A stretch of 64,000 nucleotides of DNA from Schizochytrium sp. TIO01 (taxonomy: Eukaryota; Protista; Bigyra: Labyrinthulomycetes): assembly GCA_004764695.1 (NCBI GenBank), contig SMSO01000036.1, positions 1,984,001-2,048,000 of the forward strand, written 5' to 3'. Below, in pieces: positions 25,461 through 37,000 of the stretch; position 1 is the first letter of the stretch, and each line of letters begins with the position of its first letter. The notes beneath the pieces were generated by a model. That model had not been told where the DNA came from. It saw only the letters and a list, made by a program, of their open reading frames with translations, and ran no database searches. The translations under genes were made by a program, and so were the position numbers.

Positions 25461-26599
25461 CACTCATATTTTCTTTTCTCTTCTCCTTCTCCTCTGTAGA
25501 AGAGCAGAAAACAGGCGAAGAAGAATTGGGTTTCACGAGTTTTGAAATTCGAAACTCCACAACAATTTGAAATTCCACAACAATTCGAAAATTCGAAATC
25601 GCCGCGGCACGCCTCATCATCATCGCGAGCGGGCAGGACGGCGAGGTGCTGGCGGGCCGCGGCTTCTCCTTCTCCTTCTGCTTCTGCCTCTGCTTCTGCT
25701 TCTGCTTCTGCTTGAGGGGGAACCAGCGCGGGTCGCAAGACCAGACTGGTTCCGTTTCGCTGGGAACTTGAGGGATACGGAGGTGGGACCCTCTCTTCTG
25801 CCCGGCAGGCAGGAAGCGGTGCTCTCGCCAGGCTACCCACACCGCCGCTGCCGCTGCTCAACGAGACGCTGGACACGCTGGCTGGCTGGGCTTTGTTTAC
25901 CTCGTCTCCTTCTGCGTCGCAGCGTTGACCTCCGCCGCCTCGAGCGGGCGGTGGCCGGTCGATCTCTCTTCTCCCTCCGTCAGCTTGCGGGCCAATTTCG
26001 AAATTTCGAAATTTCGAAATTTGCGGGACGAGCGTCTACTACTTCGCGGAGGACCTCCCTCCTTCTGCAGCGGCGGCTCCGCACAGAGAATGACACGCAG
26101 ACAGACAGACAGACAGACGGACTGCTGAGACGGAGCTCTGTCCCACCGCCGGTCGCGGCGAAGATACCCGTGGTGGTGGAAGGAGTGACGAAGGAGGGGT
26201 CCGCGGCTGCGGCGAAGAGACGATCGAAGCTAGCTCTCGTAAAGCATGGATCATGACTCCTCGCCGGCACGCCAGCCCACCCGAAGGAGGTCTCGAAACT
26301 CAGGCCAAGCAGCTAGCTGCCTGCCTTGGAGCTCCTCTGGTCACGACGCTGCTGCTGCTGCTGCTGCCGAAGCTAACGATGGCAAGGCCACCTCAAACCG
26401 TGATGGAGGACTCTTTCATTGAGGGCAAGACTGCCTGCCGCACTACTGATGGAAGAGCGGACCTCTCTCAGAGCTTTGAGAATCTCGCGTGGCCCATGAA
26501 TGAATGAATCACCGTCATCATCGACGATGCTCATGATGCTGATGATGATGATAATTGATTGCCAGACACCAAGGACCTTGGTCTGCTCAGGCAAAAGAA

Positions 26600-28400
26600 G
26601 CGAACGTCAGGCTCCAGAGGGTCTCTGAAGAGGGTAGGGTCTCTGAAGAGGGTCTCTGAGACCGGGGCCTTGGGCCGATGAACCACCGTCTCCAGCGTCA
26701 CTGTTGGAGGAGGAAACCATAGATATGGCGCATGTTCCAGAAGTTATGAATGTAGTCAAAGATATCGCTTCCGCGGGTCCTGCTCGTTCAGCCGGCCGTT
26801 GAAAGTCATGAGAAACACTCACTCAGGCGCATGCAACGTCTTGGTGGAGAGTCGGGTCCTCCGGGCTGGTGGCAGTGGTTGCATTCGGCACTCCTGCTCG
26901 GGCCCGGCGGTGCTGGTGCTGGTGCGCAGCGGGCTTTTGCTGCAGTCAAGCTTGTCGATGCAATGCTTCTCACAGACAAACAAACAACTTCGATGACTTG
27001 TTCAGACTTTCAACATTCGACAGAGTCACCTACGATTTTCTAAATTTAATTTTTCTTTTTGAAATAAAGAATTAAAGAATTAAAGAATTAAAGAATTAAA
27101 GAATTAAAGAATTAACGAAACAACGAAATAACGAAATATCGTACATGCTGCAATCGGTTGTGCTTGCTGTTGCATGTTCCCGTTCCCCCGCGCGCCTGTC
27201 GCTATCCTTACACTTGACGACAGCTAGAACATGAACTCGAGGCAAACTCAAAGAAACGGAGTCGCGGCACAACCAAGGACTGTCGCAAGCTTTCCACGTC
27301 CCTCAACACAGGGGTGTGCGACACCACATCTGAGAGGGCAGCAGTAATCAGTTCGTAGCTCTGTAACTTGCCCAAGCCCAAGCCCAAGCCCAAGCTCAAG
27401 CCCAAGCTCAAGCCCAAGCCGATGGTGCTCTTCTCCACCCCCTGGGCCTCGCCGCGCTCCAGAAGGTAGCTTGCCTAGTTTTCCGGCACCTTGCGACCCC
27501 AATCTTTGCTGCTCAAGTTGTCAATCATCTCTCCAATCGATTGCAGATGAGCTCTGCTCTCGCAGTTAAAACATTCGTATCTGGTTGGTTTGTTGTCGTT
27601 TCCTGCGTCCTGTTCGTTCAATCGTCCGTTCGTTTGCCAAAGCTTTCTCGCGCTATTTGGCGGCGACACCCTACTGTGCACGAACTGCAAGCAAGCAAGC
27701 AAAGCGAGCGAATGTAAACAGCCACGGGAGTGGTGTCTTGGCCGCTCCCGCAAAACAGCGCAGCACATCTTGCGATTTGGCGCTCTTGAAGACTTGGGAC
27801 CAGGAAGCGTGGCTTGCTTGCTTAACTCCGCTTCTTCGGTTCACGACACCACAAGCCGCTGCACCTGCGTTCAGAATGCTGTGCGTGGTCGCTTCTCCCG
27901 CCGTCGCTCGCGTCAATGTCCTGCCTCGCTCCAAGCTGGGCCAGCCGAAGACGTTGCCGCTGTTGACGATGCACATTCATTCATTCATTCATTCATTCGT
28001 TCATTCATTTCTTCGTTCATTCCTTCATTCGCTCATACTTCGATGATGCTCGATGGCGCTCGCGAGGCAGAGCGAGAGGCGCTGGGGCGAGTGGAGCGGT
28101 CGAGTCGATCGCTCTGCGGAAGGCGATTGAAGAAGGTCTTCCTTCCGGGAGAGATCCTCCAAGACCTCGTTCTGGATGGCCAAGGCAGCAGCAATTCATT
28201 CGCAGAAGACATGGAAGCGGACCTTCTGGGCCTCCTTCAAGTTGTTCTCAAGATGGATGCCACCAGCGGTGCGTTGGGAGGATCGCTATTCACTCGTTCG
28301 CTCGCTCAAGGAGCAACGGCGGCAGCGAGTCGGCGGCGGGGATGACCTCCTCGAGAGCGTGGTCTTGCAGGTCTTGAAAGCTCGCTAGCTAGCTAGATAG
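26600..28400 (-). pseudogene. Eroded protein-coding relic of unknown family
   Basis: Minus-strand frames with host-like codons are broken by single stops, frameshifts and microsatellites. ORFs 27475-27768 and 27208-27438 share a frame across one TAG. Peptide NGRLNEQD occurs twice with only synonymous differences. Confidence 0.45.
27065..27113. repeat. (TAAAGAAT)6 tandem repeat
   Basis: Direct reading. Confidence 0.93.
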
Positions 28401-29788
28401 CTCTGAGAACCTCGCTGCAGTTTGCTGGTAAGTTGGCGGGTTGAGGTGTAGCCAAACGAGCGGAGCACGCGCGAACGAGCGAACTCGCGGCAGGAAACGA
28501 CCCAGCCGGCTCGCTCGAGCTTCGAGGCGGCAGGCGTATCATGAGCTCGATCGAAGTCCTCAAACGAAGTTTGAACTGCGCTCGAGAATCGTCAGACTTG
28601 GATCGAGAAATCTTGTAAAATTTGACTAGTGCCTTCGTTTTCAAATTTGTTGTACTTTCATGTATTTTCATTTTTGGTACTATGAAAGTTTATTAAAAGT
28701 TTATGGAAAAGAAATAAAACGTGTCTTTTCTTTGCTGTTTTTCTAGTTCTAAAGGTTGATTAAACTGAGTTACTTTTTTTTTTAATTATGTAACTCAGAA
28801 GCTGTCTTTCAAGTGCAGCGTATCTTATTACTTGTGTATCTGTCTTTCTATCTACACAGCATCCTAGTTAGAGCTAGAAGAGTCTAAATTGAGAAAGAAA
28901 ATATCATATTTATTTTTATTTTTTACGCGGCAAATGTAGACATAAGAACTATATCCAACTTAAATAAAATACGCCTTCATTTCTTATCTACACTACAAAA
29001 TCAGCCATCCTTTCTATCTTTCCTAACTCACTTTAATGTATTTCTTTTAAATATTAAAACGAAAACAAAAATGAACGAGTTAAAAAAAAGAAAAGAAAAA
29101 AACGTTTTTCCACGGGTGCTCTTATAACAGTTTGAAAACAGTTGATCTCGGTGGTTTGCCCACGGGCATTTGCAAGAACGGCGGAGTAAGCGTTGGATAG
29201 CTGCGAATTAGGCTAAACTTTAAAGTTTTTGATATGACTGACAATAGTAAGACCAGATAATACTTGGATACGCTCGCGTACCCGCCTCAGGCTATCTGTA
29301 TATCGTATGTACGTACATGCCCTTCTTTTCTTTTTCTGCACTTTAAGTTCTTTGGTGAGGCTTTGCATCAATTCTACTCAAGAGTGTCCAAACAGAAGTC
29401 TGGGAGCCACTGTGCAACCTTCAAGATACTATGTACATGTCTCAGTCACTGTGTTGCCTTCAGAACTTAGAATCTACAATACTAGAAGTTTCACTTTTTT
29501 TCATTTTTCTAAATACCTGAAATCATGATAATTATAAGTCATAATATAAATGAATACATGAACCATAAGTACCTACCTAGGTAGCTAGCTACCTATTAGA
29601 GAATAATAGCTGCTTCGTGAGGCGTCTCTGAACCTGAAGTAGATACAAAGAAGAGAGAAATCTGAGTTCAATCTATAGGTACGTCCAAACTCGTTCTCGT
29701 TACCGTTTGTTCAAGTTCTTCGTTTCGCGCTTGTTTGAATTGGCTCATTTCATCAAGTTTTCGCTGCCGACCCATGGTACGTACTGAA

Positions 29789-29899
29789 ATCAATCAATTT
29801 CAAATCAAATCAATCAATCAATCAATTTCAAATCAAATCAATCAATCAATTTCGAATCAAATCAATCAATCAATTTCAAATCAAATGAATCAATGAGTG

Positions 29900-29930
<31 letters not shown>

Positions 29931-29995
29931 TTAAAATCAATCAATTTAAAATCAGATGAATGAATGAATCAACCAACCAACCAACCAACCAATCT
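29789..29995. repeat. Compound (AATC)n microsatellite
   Basis: AATC runs interrupted by TTTCAAATCAAATC-type units. Confidence 0.93.
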
Positions 29996-30659
29996 ATCAA
30001 TGAATCAGTTGGTTCCATGAGATCATGGTTTTTGTTATTTCTTGAAGGGTTCTGGGGGGGGGTCGCAAAGTTCGAAAATCATGATGGTATTCGTTGTTAG
30101 ATCGATCGATGGGCGGGCATGCATGCATGTGGGGTGTGTGTAGGTGTGTAGGTGTGCACGTATGAAAGTATGTATGCATGTATCTATGCATGAAACAAAA
30201 AAAGCAATTGCAGATTCTTGCTACCGTGAGGAGGACCCAACCAGATCCGCTAACTCGCTAGATTGGCAAGCCAGATTTGGGCGGTGCATGAGCCAAATGG
30301 ATCCAGCCACCCCGACTTGAGTTAACCAAATCTCACCCAAGTGGGTGGGTAGTCGAGCAGAGTCGGTCGAATCGTCTTCAGAGCAGCCTCCCACGAAGCA
30401 ATCCTCCTCAAACACACTCACTCACTCCCTCACTCACTCACTGACTGACTGACTGACTGCCTCATCACCTGGGCCCAGGTGAGAATCGGTTGGCCCTTGA
30501 ATGAATTGTAATGTGAATAAACTCCTCGTGTTTACAGATCCTTTTCGAGAGATCTGCTCCGGCTGGTTCCCCTGCTAAGGGCCCGCATAGCGTTTTCAGT
30601 AGGAGGAGGCGGCGATAACGTTGAAGACGCTGCCTAAGGCAAGAACGAGCAACATTGGA

Positions 30660-30929
30660 GGATTGATTGATTGATTGATTGATTGATTCATTGATTCATT
30701 CGATTTTAATTTGATAGATTGATTCATTGATTGATTCATTGATTCATTGATTGATTCGATTTTAATTTGATTGATTGATTGATTGATTGATTCATCCACT
30801 CATTCATTCATTGATTGATTCGATTTTAATTTGATTGATTGATTGATTGATTAATTCACGCATTCATTCATTTGATTTTAAATTGATTGATCGATTGATT
30901 AATTCACGCATTCATTCATTCGATTTTAA

Positions 30930-30971
<42 letters not shown>
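30660..30971. repeat. Compound (GATT)n microsatellite
   Basis: GATT runs interrupted by CGATTTTAATTT units. Confidence 0.93.
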
Positions 30972-32976
30972 CGGCAGGGCAAGCCCGCATCCGCTCGGGT
31001 GGGTGCCAAGCAAGCCGGAGGCTCGGGCCACCACGCGTGGCGACCTCGCGGCAGTCACTTGGAGTTGGCTCGAGAACACAGTCAGTAACGGAGTGAGTGA
31101 GTGAGTAAGTGGGGACTACAGCCAGTACATCGCATGCGCGGTTCTTCAGGCCAAGGCAGCGAGTGCTCTGCTTTAGTTTGCTTCGCTCTGGGCTGGTAAG
31201 CCAGCAGGTGAGCGAATGAGGGAAAGCTTTCGCAGATTGGGCGACTGGGCTTCCTGGTGGCCTGTCTCCCAATGCGAACTCGAGTGCGAATTCGAGCGCA
31301 AATGTGAATGCAAATGCATGGCTCAAGATGTGCTGGCTGACTGAGCTCCAGTGAGAGATCGAGATTAGACGAGATTGATTGGAAGCCTCGTTTCCTCTCT
31401 AGAGAGTGTCAAACTGCTGCCTGCTGCCAGCACAGACCTACCTACATGCCTGCCTACCTGCACGCCTGCAAGCCAGGCTGAGATTCGCGGAAATCTTCAA
31501 GTCTATCAAGAAGAAACAAGAGCGCGTTAAAACTCACACAGTAGTGAGTTGAGTTAGTTAGTCAGTTAGTCAGTCATCGCATGACTTATGAAGCAGGTTA
31601 TCGACCGATCGATCGACTTCGATTGATGGATTAGCTCATTGATGCATTGATTGATTCATTTCTAAAGAAAGCACCGCCACTCTGCAGCAGAGTGCGATTA
31701 TCAAGAGCAGTCTCCTGTATTTTCACTGCTTTCAGGTAGCTAGCCGTGAATAGCCGCAGGAATGCGTGAGTGAGTGAGTGAGTGAGTGAATAAGTAAGTG
31801 GGTGCTCTATTTGAGTATCTATGGATCCACGACCGCAGCAATTCGGCAGCACGTCGGTTTACTAATTCTTAACGTGCTGGTTTCATTCACATTCACTCAT
31901 TCACTCATTCATTCATTCATGCATGGATCACTCATTGTTGGTGCTTCCAAGAAAGAGTCTGCCATCCGTCCATTCTGTTTTGAGTGCCATAAGCCTGCAC
32001 GAGTCTCTCTGCTCAGCAAGGAAGGAAGCTAAGCTAGCCATCAACCATTGGAGAGCCCAACAAAACTAACTGACAACTCGCTGTTACGGAGACCGCATCG
32101 CATCGTATCACGTGCGGCAGTACAGACGAAGCGACTGATTTGAAGAGCACTTCGTTGGTTTCTTTCCCAAATCTGGGCTCTCTCTGAGTGCTGACTTGTC
32201 ACACCTTTGGTCTCGAAGAACTTATAAAAAAATAGTACGAAATTACGTTGTACCATGGCACTCCAACGTTTTATGATGATCAAATTATGATTATTACTTA
32301 GTTTTGTTTAGTTTAGTTCATGAAAGAAATTGAATCTTTTTTTTTTCCTTTTCTTTTTTCGAAGCAATTGTACTACAATTCACCTGATTTAACTCTCATC
32401 GGAGGGCTCTAATCGATCGATCTGCGGCTTTCGTAAGACGCCCACGCGTATCCACCCTTTCACCTGCAAGTGAAAGTACCTTGCACCTGATGCTATTTTC
32501 CAACTCTATCATGAAAATATCATCGCTATTTTAATTTAAAAAACACGAATACATAGATCTAGCCCATGAAATGAAACTTACGTCAACGTGATTTGATGCG
32601 AGTAAAAATCTAGCTCTAGCTAGAGAAAACTTGACCTCCTTTTAGAAAATGGTAACATGGAACAATGAAATAAACAGAAAGGCTTCTCCAGCGATAGCTA
32701 GCTGGGTCACTCCACTCTTCTCGCCTTCTGAACGTTGAAAGGCTCTGGAAGCAACGATAAGGCACATTTTTGCGATCGTGAACACGAAGCGAAGCACCCG
32801 CGAAGCGACAAACGCAGTCGAAGCAGACGTCGCTTCGCTGTTGCTCAACCCAACGGTGTCTCATTTACTAACTAAGCAGCTTGCTTTGAACGGCATTCAT
32901 TCTCGCATGGCCAGTTTAAAAGCATGTGCCCTGTCTCCTAGCAGCTTCCTACCTGGCCCTAGCCAGCCACACCCTT

Positions 32977-33035
32977 GAAAAAGAAACAACTTGATAGAAA
33001 CAAAGAAAAGAGAAACAAAGAAACAAAGAGAAACA

Positions 33036-33077
<42 letters not shown>

Positions 33078-33225
33078 AGAAAAGAAACAAACAAAGAAAA
33101 GAAAAAGAAAAAGAAACAAAGAAACAAAGAAAAAGAAACAAAGAAAAAGAAACAAAGAAAAGAAACAAAGACAGAGCAGCGAAGAGAAGAGAAGAGGAGA
33201 GAAGAGAAGAGGAGAGAAGAGAAGG
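32977..33225. repeat. Purine-rich (AAAG/AAAC/GAGAA)n low-complexity tract
   Basis: Direct reading. Confidence 0.93.
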
Positions 33226-33422
33226 AGGTCCTCAAGCAAGAAGCCGCTGGCAGCGTCGAGCAAGCTGCTGGAGACGCATTTCGAGAAGGCATTCCCCCTC
33301 CTCCTCCTCCTCTTCGTCTGGCCCAGCACGCCCTGAGCGGCGCCCGCTCGACTGGCTGGCCCAGGCGGCGCTCGAGCGCAAGAGGCGCCAAGAACGGAAG
33401 CAGCGGCGAGGAAGGAAGTCTC

Positions 33423-33426
<4 letters not shown>

Positions 33427-33499
<73 letters not shown>
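33427..33499. repeat. (TC)n microsatellite
   Basis: Direct reading. Confidence 0.97.
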
Positions 33500-33505
<6 letters not shown>

Positions 33506-34025
33506 ATGTGCGTGAATGAATCAGATTTTCAAATCGTGGTTTCTATCTTACTTTCAAATCGCTCATTGGAGATCCCGTCTGTAAATGGAGAACGTCGCGC
33601 TCGCGCTCGCGCAGAAGCGGAGCAGCAGCAGCGCATGCATAAACTCTGCGTGCCTGCGTGCCTGCGTGCCTGCGGGCGGAGGCTCGTCGTGCGGAAGGAA
33701 GTCTGTCCTGTCTTGGTTGGGATTCTTGGGCTGGTTCAAAACGCTCGCTCCGTACACTCCGCTGGCCACGGAGGACCTCGCGGATCGATTGACGGGACCA
33801 AAGGCGCAAAGCCACGACGACGCGGGGAGCGTGGCATCGTGCTGCGATTGATTGATTGATTCATTCATCGATTGATTCATTCATCGATTGATTCATTCAT
33901 CGATTGATTCATTCATCGATTGATTGATTGATTGATTGATTGCGGAGCGAGCTCCAGTCCAGTCGCACGAGGCAAACGATTTGCTGAAAACAACGCTCGA
34001 ACGGGATGGCCATGAACTCAAACGT

Positions 34026-34097
34026 GGGCTTGAGCTTGGGCTTGGGCTTGGGCTTGAGCTTGGGCTTGGGCTTGGGCTTGAGCTTGAGCTTGAGCTT
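34026..34097. repeat. (GGGCTT/GAGCTT)n hexamer repeat
   Basis: Direct reading. The reverse-complement type occurs at 27370-27420. Confidence 0.92.
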
Positions 34098-37000
34098 AGA
34101 TAGCGAGCAGACAAACAAGCAGCTCCAACGCAGCACGCGAACCCCATGCCGAATCTGCAGACCGACTCGGACCATTTCCTCATGATGGGTGCGTGCAAGC
34201 CTCTCGGGCGCTTCCTTCCTCAGCTAAGCAAGAAGCGAACTCGCCGCGAGGTCTCCTCTTTCTTCAGGCTGGCTGCCTGGCGGGCTGGCGACGCGCCACG
34301 CGGTGAAGCCGGGCTGCGTTGGCATCTCTCTCAGTCGAGCGCATCGCGAGGGACTCCAGCCCAAACTCAGCTCGAGGATGGGCGAATCCATCAACGAATG
34401 AGCGAATGAATGAATGAACGTGCATGAATGAATGCATGAATGAATGAATGAATGAAGAAACCACGCATGCTTGCTTGTTGGCCCCAAAGCCGCTCCAAAG
34501 CAAACAAGAGGACTTCTTCGAAGGCTTCCTTACTAGAGAGTGAACCAGCAAACGCTTGCCTTGCTCGCCTAGCTCCAGGTGCCACGAGCGCCCATGGACT
34601 CGTGTGAGCGCGAGAGCGTGCGTGCGTCTACAAGAGAGACGCCTAGGTAGGTATAGATAGATAGATAGACAGATAGATAAATAGCAAAAGCTACTCAGCA
34701 GCAGAGTGTCGGTCACCACACTACGATGGGCGTCTTTCACGGAAACAATCTCGAGAGCTGACCTATCTATTACAGATGTATCTATCTACCCATGCTGGCC
34801 CAGGTGAGCGAGGTCTTGGGGAAACAAGACGCCCTTGCGGGCGCCCTGCTGAGCGTTAGGGAGCAGGCAAGCCGAGTGGCGTGTGAGGCAGCGCTCGGCA
34901 GGGCTGCGTCTGGCGTGCGTTGGATGCGTTGCATACGCGCTGGGATTCTTGGAGCGCAGCTTCTCGTGTAGCAACTAAACTGGTGCAAGCTGCTCCCCAC
35001 AGTGTCACTGGCACATGCTGAAAGACGAAGCTGCCAGGTTGCTCGTTCAAGGTATCCCCACACCAGAGCTACGCACTTAGCGACCCTGGTGTGGGGTGCC
35101 TCGTAATTAATGGTTTGCGGAGTTTCGGAACAATGTCAACGCCGAATCGCACGTTTCACTTCCAGGAACTCTTTTTAGTTCTTTTGCTCCTCAGGTCAGA
35201 TGGCGTGACCAGCACAGTCAGATTTTTTTAATCTTCTTTTTTTTTTTTTCCTTTTTGAATTAAATACGCATCGTTTAAAATACGCTCTTTTCAATTTTTT
35301 ATAATTTATTTTTTTTAATAAAAAAAAATGGGCCTACACACAAAAAAAAGAAAGAAAAGAAAAGAAAAGAATTGAACATTTTATTTTAAATTTATACTTT
35401 AATGCACTTAAAATTAAAACAAAACTTTAGTTTGGGATTTAAAATTTAAATATTATACATTTTTCTACTTTCAAGTTTTTCTATCGATATTATTTGACTC
35501 ATTTATTAATATACACATTTTGTTTTTAATTGAACAGGATAAAAAGAAAATTATTTGACGTTAGCGAGTCCTTCAATAAGTTAGAGTGGCATTTTTTAAT
35601 TTAAAAGAAAAATGTCATCCAAAGCTATTATCATGTCTGAGTCGGATGATTTAGGGTTTGAACCCACTCGAGAGTAGCAACAGGCAGCAGCAATAGCATC
35701 AAGAGTCTTTCTGTTTGACTTTCGAATGGAAGCTCTCACGAAGTGAAGTCGTTTCTGAAAGTAGAAAGTAGATGCGCAGATAAACAGCTGAAGATGCGTG
35801 GACTTACTCGCCCATGCTATCTATGTATCCTCTCGACCAACCGCCCAACTGACTCACTCACTAACTAACTAAGCCGCTAACTATCTAACTAACTACTTCT
35901 ACCTGAAGATCTCCTGACCTTCAATTGGCCCTTTTCGAGCTCAGCCCTCATAATAGAAAGTGGAAGTACCTACGCTCTGCTCTGATTGATCAGCTCGGTT
36001 CCACGGAAGGAGCAGCAGACTTCTGGTGTGTGGCTCAGACTTTGCATGCATACGGCAGGGAATGAATGGATGGACTTCTGCAGCAGAAGGAAGGTATACA
36101 ACAACAAGAAGCAGGCATCTGTGGAAATCCAGCATCAACATCATCTCTCAAGACCCTCACGAATGTTATCACCCCTCAAACCTGCTCGCACGAAGCTTGA
36201 ATGATTTCTTTCTGCTCCATACATTCTCAAGATTCGCAAGGTGAAAGATCGATCGTCTTTCCTCTCTTTCATTAACAAACGTAATATAAAGACAATAATA
36301 GTAGCAAAACTGCGTCTTCACACCTTTCCAGCTTGCCTGAACTTGTTACAGACTCAAAAATAAAGAAGCTACCAGCTTCCACGCTAGCTTTCTGTAACTT
36401 CCAAAAGAAGAAGACCTCCGAGTTGCTTGAAGGTATTGCAGGGTGCAAAGGAGGCTGTCACGGGATGAACCCATGAGTTCTTGGTGGAGCCTCTAAAGAT
36501 ACGTATAATACGTGTGTAGCAAGCAAGCAGCATTAGCAATGTGCCCCTGCTTTCGAAAAGCGGACTTGGTGAAGTATTGAATTACTTGAGCCCAAGTGAG
36601 CCGAAGCGCGTGTTTAACGGCGGCGCCAGAACACGCACAGACCCGTGGCCTCGGCGCTGAGACGAAAGAAACCCTCCTTCGTCGAGACCCGACTTGGCCC
36701 GCTCACCACTTCGCTTCCTTCCAGCCTCTCATCGATGCGGAAAGCGCAGCGAATGCAGAAGTTTGAATGATATCTTGAGCCCTTCGTTTCTCCAGGTGCT
36801 GCTGTTAATTTACCCTTCTTATCTTTCTCAACAAATGAATGAATGAACGAATGAATGAATGAATGTATACCGTACGAAATATCGCAACAGCTTCATAGCT
36901 TCTTACTTACACAGTACGCACAATACTCGAGTTCGAGAAGGGAACGAGGATCTTTTGGCGAGAAAGCACGCGGAGCTGTGGGTACTGAGTCGGCAGTCCC

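Noticed and set aside
26700-26770. DIFDYIHNFWN resembling an IS3-type integrase C-terminus
   Set aside because: Too short, with no DDE core or terminal repeats. Kept only as part of the coding relic.
35652-35670. GTGGGTTCAAACCC T-arm-like motif on the minus strand
   Set aside because: No acceptor, D or anticodon arms, so it is not a tRNA.
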